A DNA stretch of 64,000 nt from a virus. Taxonomy: Duplodnaviria > Heunggongvirae > Uroviricota > Caudoviricetes. Below the pieces are notes generated by a model. That model was given only the letters and a program-made list of their open reading frames with translations, ran no database searches and was not told the origin of the DNA. This document shows, piece after piece, positions 1 through 8,454 of the stretch (position 1 is its first letter; each line of letters opens with the position of its first letter). The position numbers and the translations under genes were made by a program. The stretch covers positions 2,589-66,588 of the IMG/VR virus record IMGVR_UViG_2974603165_000001; one strand, given 5' to 3'.

Positions 1-112
1 GCAATGTACCATAGAACGGACGAACGGATAACAAAGCAATACGTGCCGCCTGGACACGCCGACGAGCCTCTGGCTCTTGTTCTTTGATCATCTCATATTC
101 ATCAATGTGCAT
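1..112 (-). CDS. N-terminus (truncated by window) of probable DUF2201-type metallopeptidase/VWA protein
   Basis: Manual translation MHIDEYEMIKEQEPEARRRVQAARIALLSVRPFYGTL after GAGGAG; resembles the 'AR..LL..PF(F/Y)G.L' start of DUF2201/VWA partners of AAA ATPases. Confidence 0.5.
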   Translation of the reverse strand, partial: MHIDEYEMIKEQEPEARRRVQAARIALLSVRPFYGTL

Positions 113-167
113 TTCATTTTCTCCTCAAATAAAAAAGGCCATCATTAGATGGCCTAAGTATACTGAA

Positions 168-434
168 TTATGCTGTAGTTGCAACCTTTTTGAAGAAGTC
201 TTGCGGATAATAATCCGTTTGACCTTTCATGCGGAGACCCCACACATAACCCTGCTCTGGTATCTTGAACAGTACGAAACTGTCAATCTCTCCATTGCCT
301 GTTTGGTGGTTACCCTCAACCTGATCCCCGATTCGGAAATTAGGTACAAAGTTGTCCGCGATTGCTTCACGTTCGATGGGGGCTGGCTCCCGCCCCAGAA
401 TCTTCTCTGGGGTCTCAGTGCTCAGATTATTCAT
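168..434 (-). CDS. hypothetical protein
   Basis: ORF; start moved to ATG 434, which overlaps the upstream stop (TAATG). Confidence 0.6.
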   Translation of the reverse strand: MNNLSTETPEKILGREPAPIEREAIADNFVPNFRIGDQVEGNHQTGNGEIDSFVLFKIPEQGYVWGLRMKGQTDYYPQDFFKKVATTA

Positions 435-1417
435 TATCCCACCACCTTGTTCAGCATACCCCAAATACGTGGGACGCTAAAGCCAGTGCTGATCATCATA
501 GTGGTGATCGCGTTGCCAATCTTGCTTCCCACAACGATGAAGTTGTCCTTTGCAAACCCGATCTTGAGGTCGAGTACCAGGATGAACTTCGGATCGTCAA
601 GCAGTTCTTCACCCGTTAATGCACAGACCTTGCGGATGTACTTGGATTTGAACTGGGCAAACGACACAGTGACATTCATACCCACCGCAGCAAACTCGGT
701 GCAGTATTTGGCATATGCTTTCGCAATCGCCACGTCATCTGGTACAGTTTGCGCTACCTCTTCTTCCTCAACCTCGTCCTGGGTATCAGAATCATCGGCT
801 ACTACCGGAGGCGCTGGCGGAACATCCGCTACAGGGGCTTTGAATTCCTCTGCTTCTGCAACCGGGCCTAAAGGCTGTGGTTCTTGAGCGACGAAGCTCT
901 CAACCACTGGTGTGTCAAGGCTACCGTCATTTTGCATTGCGAGTTCCACGGCTGGCTTCTCCTCTGGTTCTTCTTCCACTGGTGGAAGGTATTTGGTTTT
1001 CAGTGTCTCCATGTGAGCACTGGACATGTTCAGCATCAACGCTTTGACAATCTCACGATCAGTCGGGTCGATGATGGTGGTTGCAATACGCTTGTCAACT
1101 AAGTTATCTTTCAACTCATTTGCACGACGCATAACAACACAGACGTTGCCACGAACGTAGCCAACTTTGTCGTTAATACGCTCAATGGTTGGGTACTTAG
1201 CGTGATCTGGCTGGCTACCTGCGATGATGGTGCTAAAGCTCAGGTTGGTGTAATCACAATTACCGTGACCCAACAACTTGAAGCCCAACATCAAGATGTC
1301 TTCCATAGTCAAAGTGCATTCAATACCACGTTCTGCTGCATTGCGTTGTTTTGCTACCAGACGGCGACCTAAACGTAACTGCTCATCGGTGGTAAATTTC
1401 TTCATCAGTTCTTGCAT
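434..1417 (-). CDS. Srd-like putative anti-sigma factor with duplicated His-Me-finger-like domain
   Basis: KQRNAAERGIECTLT..CDYT..ERINDKVGYVRGNV..RANELK resembles T4 Srd-type proteins; degenerate second copy at C-terminus after acidic Pro-rich linker. Confidence 0.5.
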   Translation of the reverse strand: MQELMKKFTTDEQLRLGRRLVAKQRNAAERGIECTLTMEDILMLGFKLLGHGNCDYTNLSFSTIIAGSQPDHAKYPTIERINDKVGYVRGNVCVVMRRANELKDNLVDKRIATTIIDPTDREIVKALMLNMSSAHMETLKTKYLPPVEEEPEEKPAVELAMQNDGSLDTPVVESFVAQEPQPLGPVAEAEEFKAPVADVPPAPPVVADDSDTQDEVEEEEVAQTVPDDVAIAKAYAKYCTEFAAVGMNVTVSFAQFKSKYIRKVCALTGEELLDDPKFILVLDLKIGFAKDNFIVVGSKIGNAITTMMISTGFSVPRIWGMLNKVVG

Positions 1418-1467
1418 ACTATTTTCTCCTACTCATGTTCTGGGACAATCCCGTTTCGTTGAGATGG

Positions 1468-1527
1468 ATTATGACAGGTTGGAAAATTCTGTCAACCACT
1501 TGATTGAAAATTTTTTAGTAGTATAGT
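1468..1527. promoter_or_regulatory. divergent sigma70-like promoters
   Basis: minus: TTGACA(1495-1490)-16-CATAAT; plus: TTGATT(1500-1505)-16-TATAGT; AT-rich gap at strand switch. Confidence 0.5.
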
Positions 1528-1556
1528 TAGCGAACAATTTTGATAAGGAGAGCGTA

Positions 1557-2669
1557 ATGAAGAGTAAAATCGACATAGACAACATGCTGTATACTGGGGT
1601 TGATTGGGCAAAGACTGGCAAGGATCAGGAGCTACTTCACAGGATAACCTTAGATATGATGAGGGCAGAGATGTTGCAGTCAAGGTTCAACACCGAACAC
1701 CACAGTTCAAACAGCGCGGAGAAGTGGGCAGAGATGATACCTGTCCATAAGAGAGGTGTGGATCTCTCATTGCCGGGTATCATTTCCAGTCTCTCACACG
1801 CCAATGAGCGCTACTTCACCCTTGAGGATGGATATGGGCCTGATTCAAACCCCTTTGAGAGCATGAACAGGTTCACTGGTTACTTCGGTGGTTTGCAAAT
1901 TGAACAGGAAGGGGGACGTTCAGCTTGGGATAAGAAAAAACACCGCGTGACTGGTATGGTTTCTTTGCCATCAGGCACTCCTTGGCCTGTATTTTACGGC
2001 CTCTCTCGGTTTGTTGATCGCCACCACCGACCGCATGACAGTGTAAGGCACCCGCCACGCGGTGGTTTTCTTCTTCACCTTTTGGAGAAACATGGTTGGT
2101 TTGATAAAAAACACACAGATGTTTTCTTCCAGGCAAACATTGAAGCGTCCCCGAGTATTTCTTGGCAGAATCTTGGAGGCAGAAAATACTCCGACTATGG
2201 AAGGTACGAAGAACCGGATTGGAATTTAACCTCTTGTTCTATGCACATCGGCCCCTGGAGATTCGAGCAGGACACCCGGCTGCGTAGTGGGTCGTTCCAA
2301 GGAGTGATGCGGAGCATCGGCTGGAGTGACCAGATAGTCATCTCTAAGGAACGTGGTAAGCAAATGGAAAGCATAATCCTGTACTTGGACACCTCTGGAC
2401 GTGGAGAGGCTTTGTGGGAGCCTTACAGAGAGGAGGAGCTACGCAGCCATATTGATGGTGACACCTGGACGGAGAATGACCTGCGTCTTTTAGAAATGTT
2501 GGATCTTCGTGATGAAGTTTTCCTTGACAAGCCTGAACAGTTCCCTATACTGAGCGGCATAGGGCGAGTTACCGAGGACTTTGTACGGTCGGCTACGGAA
2601 ATTCGTCGATTCAAAATATTCGATACCTTTGGTAAAGGCACAATCAAGAGAGGAGACTTATTGTCATGA
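1557..2669 (+). CDS. hypothetical protein (370 aa)
   Basis: long ORF with AAGGAG RBS; no family recognised. Confidence 0.8.
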   Translation: MKSKIDIDNMLYTGVDWAKTGKDQELLHRITLDMMRAEMLQSRFNTEHHSSNSAEKWAEMIPVHKRGVDLSLPGIISSLSHANERYFTLEDGYGPDSNPFESMNRFTGYFGGLQIEQEGGRSAWDKKKHRVTGMVSLPSGTPWPVFYGLSRFVDRHHRPHDSVRHPPRGGFLLHLLEKHGWFDKKHTDVFFQANIEASPSISWQNLGGRKYSDYGRYEEPDWNLTSCSMHIGPWRFEQDTRLRSGSFQGVMRSIGWSDQIVISKERGKQMESIILYLDTSGRGEALWEPYREEELRSHIDGDTWTENDLRLLEMLDLRDEVFLDKPEQFPILSGIGRVTEDFVRSATEIRRFKIFDTFGKGTIKRGDLLS

Positions 2670-3172
2670 GTAAGATTATTCAGGATCTCAACCCGGCACA
2701 AGAACTGGCCCTGGCTATCAAACTGGCAGCAGAAGGCCACCTGAATCAGAAAGATAAGGGTGGTAACCCGTACATCCTGCACCCAATCAAGGTGATGCAC
2801 TACCTGAAAACTGACGACTATCAGTTGATGGCGATTGGTGTGATGCACGACTTGTTGGAAGATACCGACATGATCGCAGCAGATCTCGTACTTTTAGGCT
2901 TCTCTCAGCGCGTGATCAGCGGCGTCATTTATTTGACTAAGAAACCTGATCAGTCGCCGGATGAATACCTGAATGGTATCCTGTCGTCTTATGACGCGAT
3001 CCGTGTCAAGCTGTGCGACTTACGTCACAACACTGATGTGCGTCGTCTGAAAGGGATTGGTCACAAGGATCTGCTACGTATCCAGAAATACCACGATATG
3101 TATGTTCGTCTGAAAAAGGCCAAAGAACTGCACGAGTCCTTAAACGATTTGTCTACAGGGGTCGTATCATGA
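2666..3172 (+). CDS. HD-domain (p)ppGpp hydrolase-like protein (SpoT/Mesh1-type small alarmone hydrolase)
   Basis: H..QKDKGGNPYILHP, MHDLLEDT, VKLCDLRHN motifs. Confidence 0.85.
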   Translation: MSKIIQDLNPAQELALAIKLAAEGHLNQKDKGGNPYILHPIKVMHYLKTDDYQLMAIGVMHDLLEDTDMIAADLVLLGFSQRVISGVIYLTKKPDQSPDEYLNGILSSYDAIRVKLCDLRHNTDVRRLKGIGHKDLLRIQKYHDMYVRLKKAKELHESLNDLSTGVVS

Positions 3173-3366
3173 GCACATGTAACACAGCATTCGCTTTCGG
3201 CCTGACCGGGAACGAGTTCATCATCCTCTGTATCGCCCTGGGCGCATTCATTGGGATGTTCTGCGCTTTGGTTCGCTACCTTAATGGCCCGTACCCGATT
3301 GACTTCATTGATGTCGATCTGTACACTAAGGATGAACTGCGTCGAATGAGGCTGCAAAGAAAATGA
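3169..3366 (+). CDS. small membrane protein
   Basis: one hydrophobic helix; ATGA coupling. Confidence 0.65.
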   Translation: MSTCNTAFAFGLTGNEFIILCIALGAFIGMFCALVRYLNGPYPIDFIDVDLYTKDELRRMRLQRK

Positions 3367-3596
3367 GTGCAATGGGAAAGAAGGTGACACCTTACTTAGT
3401 CCATCCCTTTGACCCAAAGAACAAGGCGGTGATACACCGCCGCTGGGTAGAGAAGCGGATGACCAAATGCCCGGTTCCCCAGGCTCAGAAATACAACAAG
3501 GAGTACACCGCAGAATATGTGGAGTACACTTACATCAACGGTAAAGGTAAGCCTGTCCATGTGGAAGAGTTTATCTTGTGGATCAAGTGGGAGTAA
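3363..3596 (+). CDS. hypothetical protein
   Basis: coupled ORF in operon. Confidence 0.65.
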   Translation: MSAMGKKVTPYLVHPFDPKNKAVIHRRWVEKRMTKCPVPQAQKYNKEYTAEYVEYTYINGKGKPVHVEEFILWIKWE

Positions 3597-3598
3597 TC

Positions 3599-3814
3599 AT
3601 GACCGATAAAAGAGTGACAGCTAAAGTCTTCATGCGCCTGACAGTGGAAGTGCATGTTGGAAACTGGGAAGGCGGCACGGACTTCAACAGCCTGTATGCC
3701 CAAGCCCAGCGTGAAGCACAGAAATCTGTGGCTCACATCTGTCGTAATTCAAACGTGCGTTTATTGGACACCCATAAAGGTGAGATGAACGTACACATTC
3801 AGGAGGGACATTAA
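3599..3814 (+). CDS. hypothetical protein
   Basis: coupled ORF in operon. Confidence 0.6.
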   Translation: MTDKRVTAKVFMRLTVEVHVGNWEGGTDFNSLYAQAQREAQKSVAHICRNSNVRLLDTHKGEMNVHIQEGH

Positions 3815-5028
3815 TGTCACGTAACATTTTTACCGAAAACCAAATCAACCTGCGGGAACTGGATGACGTTGTGTCGTTCTGCGCCCGTCATAAAATCTCA
3901 CTGCTGATTTATGGTGGCCCAGGCTTGGGTAAGAGCCAGAAGATCCAACAGTTGGCGGACAAACTCTTTGGTAAGCGTACCGAAGGTCAGTTGCCGAACG
4001 TTGTTGACTTCCGTTTATCGGATAAAGAGCCTTCTGACGTTGTTGGACACCAGATCCCAACAGAGGTTAACGGTCAACTGCGTACTGTCTACGCCCTGCC
4101 GGACGTGTGGCCTAACGATCCTGACTGGGAAGGCTTTGTCTTTATGGATGAACTGCTCAATGCGGAGCCGTACCTCCAGAACACTGCATTCCAGATCATG
4201 CTGGATCGCAAGATCGGTAACTACACCTTCCCGAAAGGTGCTGTGATGGTTGCTGCGGGTAACCGTGATGGAGATGGTGGTGCTACTCACGCAATCATCC
4301 CGGCGCTGGCTAACCGTATGATGCTGGTCGAACTCTACTATGACACTAAGGTGTTCTTAGAAGACTATGCGATCCCGTTTGGCATCCATCCGACAATCAT
4401 CACCATGCTCAAATCAGAGAGCCACCTGATTGAGAACTACGAGAAGCAGAGTGTCGATGGTGGCTCCCCATCCTTCTGTACCCCACGATCTTTAGAACGC
4501 GCCAGCAAGGTGCTCTATGATCTGGATGACAAGTTGATTTCTGACCGCATGAAGTCGGTAATGCTGCAAGGTTTGGTCGGTAAAATTGTGTCTGACACAT
4601 TAAGCACTTACCATCGCAACCGTAAGCTACCAGAAATCGAAGGTATCATGAAGGGTACAGTGACCCACGCAGACGATGTATCAGAAGATATGCAGTTTGT
4701 TCTGGGTATGGAAGGCACCCGCTATCTGCGCCGGGAGGTGATGGATGATTCAGTGCCGGATGATAAGATCATCGACCAGGCTAAGAACTTCTTGGCGTAT
4801 CTGCAAAACAACTTCGCCAGTACGAACGCGGACTTTGTGATGTCAATCTTCCTGACATTCCTGAATCCGTCATCTGCTGGGCCAGCGCTGCTGAAAGCAA
4901 ATACACGGCGTGAGAAGCTGATACCTAAACTCGCCAACAAATACGATGTCGTGATGGAGATCGTTAACGAGTACATGGATCAGTATGCAGAAGCGGTGAA
5001 AGCTGCAAAAGCTGCATCCCAAGGTTAA
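3814..5028 (+). CDS. MoxR-like AAA+ ATPase
   Basis: Walker A GGPGLGKS, Walker B FVFMDE, AAGNR sensor, LANR. Confidence 0.85.
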   Translation: MSRNIFTENQINLRELDDVVSFCARHKISLLIYGGPGLGKSQKIQQLADKLFGKRTEGQLPNVVDFRLSDKEPSDVVGHQIPTEVNGQLRTVYALPDVWPNDPDWEGFVFMDELLNAEPYLQNTAFQIMLDRKIGNYTFPKGAVMVAAGNRDGDGGATHAIIPALANRMMLVELYYDTKVFLEDYAIPFGIHPTIITMLKSESHLIENYEKQSVDGGSPSFCTPRSLERASKVLYDLDDKLISDRMKSVMLQGLVGKIVSDTLSTYHRNRKLPEIEGIMKGTVTHADDVSEDMQFVLGMEGTRYLRREVMDDSVPDDKIIDQAKNFLAYLQNNFASTNADFVMSIFLTFLNPSSAGPALLKANTRREKLIPKLANKYDVVMEIVNEYMDQYAEAVKAAKAASQG

Positions 5029-5035
5029 AAATAAG

Positions 5036-5064
5036 TTGACAGCCTCTTCGGGGGCTGTTAGTCT
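5036..5064 (+). promoter_or_regulatory. sigma70-like promoter whose spacer forms a hairpin
   Basis: TTGACA-17-TAGTCT; ACAGCC-TCTTCGG-GGCTGT inverted repeat overlaps -35 and spacer. Confidence 0.5.
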
Positions 5065-5094
5065 TTCTGCACTAACCCAAAAAGAGGAATTATC

Positions 5095-5436
5095 ATGCAG
5101 ATCACTAACGAATTAAACAGCGAACAACGCCTTCTTGACCGTGAATTGGCAGGACAGTTGAAACACTCCTTCTCAGTTTATGCTGAAATGGAAGAGGCGG
5201 GTTTCTCGGTCGAATTCTTTGACACCAAGAGTTTTGGTGGCCTGAGTGTTGTACCTTCCACCCAGCGGGTGCGTGTTAAAATCAACACATCCCTAATGGA
5301 CAGCCTTAACTACCGCCGCGTGGTCTCCAAGAAAATCAGCAACTCTTTTGCTGATCGTTTGGATAATCCAAACTTCTTAGCTGGTAACAAGCAGTCAACT
5401 CGCTTCCGTAAACCAAAAACGTGGGGTAAAAAGTAA
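5095..5436 (+). CDS. hypothetical protein
   Basis: ORF with GAGG RBS. Confidence 0.7.
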   Translation: MQITNELNSEQRLLDRELAGQLKHSFSVYAEMEEAGFSVEFFDTKSFGGLSVVPSTQRVRVKINTSLMDSLNYRRVVSKKISNSFADRLDNPNFLAGNKQSTRFRKPKTWGKK

Positions 5437-5987
5437 TGCAAGAACCGATTGATATCGACAGGATCTGCATGGATATGTCTGATCGCTACATGCTGGGGTC
5501 TATTGGTCAACCCGAGCCAACAGCAGAAGAAAAAGAGCGCCTCTCTCAACTCTTTGATGAGATGAAAGAGAAGTTAAAAGATGTGGATTTCAAGGTTGTT
5601 CTGCCCAAAGCGGACTACAATCCGATTGAGAAAAGAGCCAGGGACTTCCTGGAAAGCTCTCAACTGTGGGATGATCGTATCCTCGGTGCTGATGAAGAGT
5701 ACGTTGAGGTTTGCTCTGACCCAGAGGTGCTTAAATTGGGCCGTCAGTTAGATCAGGAGCGCTTAGAAGAAGAAAAGAAGGTCGTCGTACTGGGTTGTGG
5801 GCCGAAGCGCGTAGGAGGGGCTGTAGGCGTTCTCATGGCATTCGCTCAAAACCGTGCAACGCTCTTCGATAATGATTTCTTCGCTGTCGAGGAAGAGAAA
5901 CTTCCGATGTTCGACAAGGACTACAGCCAGGTTAAGCTCCGCAAAGGCCGGGGCCATAACAAATTGAAGAAGGGAAAGCGTAAATGA
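5436..5987 (+). CDS. hypothetical protein
   Basis: coupled ORF (TAATG). Confidence 0.7.
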   Translation: MQEPIDIDRICMDMSDRYMLGSIGQPEPTAEEKERLSQLFDEMKEKLKDVDFKVVLPKADYNPIEKRARDFLESSQLWDDRILGADEEYVEVCSDPEVLKLGRQLDQERLEEEKKVVVLGCGPKRVGGAVGVLMAFAQNRATLFDNDFFAVEEEKLPMFDKDYSQVKLRKGRGHNKLKKGKRK

Positions 5988-6256
5988 CAGATCGTGAACT
6001 CATCTCTGCCTGCCGTAAGCTGATCGGAATGTATGGCACATTGCGTTATTGTTCCGGTGGTTGGTGTGCCTGCATGGGTTGTGTCAACTCTACCTTGACA
6101 AAAAGTCAGTACGAATATGCCTTGACTTTACCCGAAGTCCAGGAGATGATTGAAGACCCAAGCCTTGCCCGTCTTGATTTTATCACAGACAATAGTCTGG
6201 AGGGCAGGCTGAAACGCTACAAGGAGAAGAAGCATGGCAAAGCCAAAGCTGAATAA
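5984..6256 (+). CDS. hypothetical protein (Cys-rich GGWCACMGC)
   Basis: coupled ORF. Confidence 0.65.
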   Translation: MTDRELISACRKLIGMYGTLRYCSGGWCACMGCVNSTLTKSQYEYALTLPEVQEMIEDPSLARLDFITDNSLEGRLKRYKEKKHGKAKAE

Positions 6257-6407
6257 AGATCTCCTGAAAGAATATTGGGAGATTGACCGCTTTGACATGT
6301 GCCTTGGCGGTCTTAAATATAACGGTCAACGGGTCTACTCCATGTGTGCAAAGACACGCAAGGAAGTTCAGGACGGTATCGCTGACTACATCAAACGTAT
6401 GTGCTAA
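6234..6407 (+). CDS. hypothetical protein (57 aa)
   Basis: manual ORF MAKPKLNK.. with AGGAG RBS, fills gap. Confidence 0.55.
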   Translation: MAKPKLNKDLLKEYWEIDRFDMCLGGLKYNGQRVYSMCAKTRKEVQDGIADYIKRMC

Positions 6408-6418
6408 AGGAGACCAAA

Positions 6419-6931
6419 ATGGTTGAATTAAAGATGGACACAGCAGCCCTGAATGCCCTATTCCCAGAAGGGACAGAGGCTCGTGTTGCTTTGCAGCAGG
6501 CGGTGATCAACAACATCACCAAGAACCTGTTGAGCAAACACCTGAACCAGGACATCAAAGACCAGGTTGCAGAAGCAGCCAAGGCTTTGGGCCTGCAATA
6601 CAACTTCCAGGAACTCATCCAGAAAGAGCTGGGAACTTATCTTGACCGTCGTGGCTGGGCCTCTACGTATCCTCTCCAGGAATCACGTAAGGAAGAACTC
6701 GCCAAGTCTATTCGTCAACAGGTTAGCACCGTTGCGAGTTCCGAGTTCCACGCTCTCAGCAAGAAGATCACTGGCGAAGCCGTTGAAAACTTTAACAACG
6801 GTGTTGAGCGTAAGATTGCTTACGCGCTGGAGAATGTTCAAGGACTGGCGACAGCACGTCTAAACACCGGGTGGAACGAAATCATGGACAAAGCGATTGC
6901 TGATCGCCTTGGATTGCAGGTGAAATCATGA
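6419..6931 (+). CDS. hypothetical helical protein
   Basis: ORF; start set at ATG after AGGAG. Confidence 0.7.
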   Translation: MVELKMDTAALNALFPEGTEARVALQQAVINNITKNLLSKHLNQDIKDQVAEAAKALGLQYNFQELIQKELGTYLDRRGWASTYPLQESRKEELAKSIRQQVSTVASSEFHALSKKITGEAVENFNNGVERKIAYALENVQGLATARLNTGWNEIMDKAIADRLGLQVKS

Positions 6932-7437
6932 GTTTAGTCTACAAGGTGGGCGATCTGATTAAGGCCGCACAGTCAGGTGAGGTGAATGTCATTGCTCACG
7001 GATGCAACTGCTACTGCACAATGGGTAGTGGTATTGCACCCCTAATCAAAAAGGCATTCCCAGAAGCATATGCTGCCGACCTGAAAACCAAGAAAGGAGA
7101 CCTTGATAAGAAAGGAACTCTCTCTTGGGGGCAGAGTGGAGAGGTAACCATTGCCAATCTTTACTCACAAGGCGGGTACTGGGGACGTAATGAGGGTATT
7201 CGTGACTTGGATTACGATGCTCTGTATGATTCCTTAGTGCGTTTCGCTGGCCTGGCGAAGAACATTCGCGGAAATGAAACGCGTATTGGTCTTCCGAAGA
7301 TCGGTGCAGGACTGGCTAAAGGGGATTGGGAAGTCATCGAGACGATGATCAAGACAACCCTCAGAGGTTTGGACGTGACTATCTACGTTCTTGACCAGAA
7401 AGAAATCCCATCAGGTGCGGAGGTGATCTGTGATTAA
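6928..7437 (+). CDS. macrodomain (ADP-ribose-binding/hydrolase) protein
   Basis: YKVGDL, IAHGCNC..TMGSGIA, ANLYSQ, LPKIGAGLAKGDW. Confidence 0.9.
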   Translation: MSLVYKVGDLIKAAQSGEVNVIAHGCNCYCTMGSGIAPLIKKAFPEAYAADLKTKKGDLDKKGTLSWGQSGEVTIANLYSQGGYWGRNEGIRDLDYDALYDSLVRFAGLAKNIRGNETRIGLPKIGAGLAKGDWEVIETMIKTTLRGLDVTIYVLDQKEIPSGAEVICD

Positions 7438-7642
7438 CTTACAAGCAGGCATGGTGGCCCATGCCAAACGGCTGGATCTGCATGACTCCAACGGCAATAC
7501 CTTTGGATTCTCTGCCCCGCGTGGGCAGAAGTTCAGTGTTCTTCTGCTGGGTGCAGAAGATCCTAAATCTTTGTCACGGATCAGTGCGGAGGAGTTCCTT
7601 CGTAATGCGGGTTGGACGTTCGAAGAGGACACCACCCAATGA
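7430..7642 (+). CDS. hypothetical protein
   Basis: coupled ORF. Confidence 0.6.
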   Translation: MINLQAGMVAHAKRLDLHDSNGNTFGFSAPRGQKFSVLLLGAEDPKSLSRISAEEFLRNAGWTFEEDTTQ

Positions 7643-7869
7643 AGAAAAAAGGTCAGAAGGAGATCTTTGTGATCTTCGACACGGAGGAACAGTTATTCTG
7701 GCGCTCCGCTAATGACAAGTTGTCCTGGTCAACTAAGGGTGTGGCTAAAACCGCCTTTAGTTCAAGCCAGAACAACCCAACAAAACAGCCTTTCGCACAA
7801 CAAACGCGGTATAAGATCGCGAAAGTTGAAGCGTCAGGGATTAAATTTATCGACGAGGTCGAGAAATGA
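7639..7869 (+). CDS. hypothetical protein
   Basis: coupled ORF (ATGA). Confidence 0.6.
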   Translation: MKKKGQKEIFVIFDTEEQLFWRSANDKLSWSTKGVAKTAFSSSQNNPTKQPFAQQTRYKIAKVEASGIKFIDEVEK

Positions 7870-8453
7870 AGCACAAAGCATATGTCCTGAGCGAGGATTA
7901 CCCAACATCACCAAGTGCGAAAGCTGGTGCGGTTGTGTATCACCTGCGTAAGTCAGATTTTGGGTTGGCCCGTGACGACACCGAAGAGACGGGAATCCAG
8001 CATTCATCTGTGACTTTAAGCCCGGAAGGGGACTACCCTTCCTTTACTTATCCAACCCACCTACTGCGTGAGGTTGTTGAAGAGGAGAAGAAAATGAGCA
8101 TGAGCAAATCCGCAACTGGTTTCGGTGAGGGCGAAGTGATTGAGATTGGTGGTAAGCGTTTCGCCGGAACCTTGGTAAACGCACGTCCCTTCGTAGAACT
8201 ATGGCCTCGTTGCATTTACGGCTTCTTAGCGGGTCGTGATTTCAAAGGTCGCGGTTTCGATAACGGCGATGTTCGTACCTCTACTGTGCAAAAACTGCAT
8301 ATTGAGAACGGCAAGCTGTACGCGATCACTCTGAACAGCGCCTATTGCCTGGCGAGTGTTGACCTGATGAAGTTCCTGAACTGCCCGGAGTGGTTGGACG
8401 ACATCGAAGACCTGATCGGTCAAGCAGTAATTGCTGCATCTCAGGGGGTGTAA
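7866..8453 (+). CDS. hypothetical protein
   Basis: coupled ORF. Confidence 0.65.
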   Translation: MKHKAYVLSEDYPTSPSAKAGAVVYHLRKSDFGLARDDTEETGIQHSSVTLSPEGDYPSFTYPTHLLREVVEEEKKMSMSKSATGFGEGEVIEIGGKRFAGTLVNARPFVELWPRCIYGFLAGRDFKGRGFDNGDVRTSTVQKLHIENGKLYAITLNSAYCLASVDLMKFLNCPEWLDDIEDLIGQAVIAASQGV

Positions 8454-8454
8454 T

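Noticed and set aside
84-887. 267-aa + strand ORF
   Set aside because: Antisense shadow of the coupled minus-strand genes; no RBS or recognisable motifs
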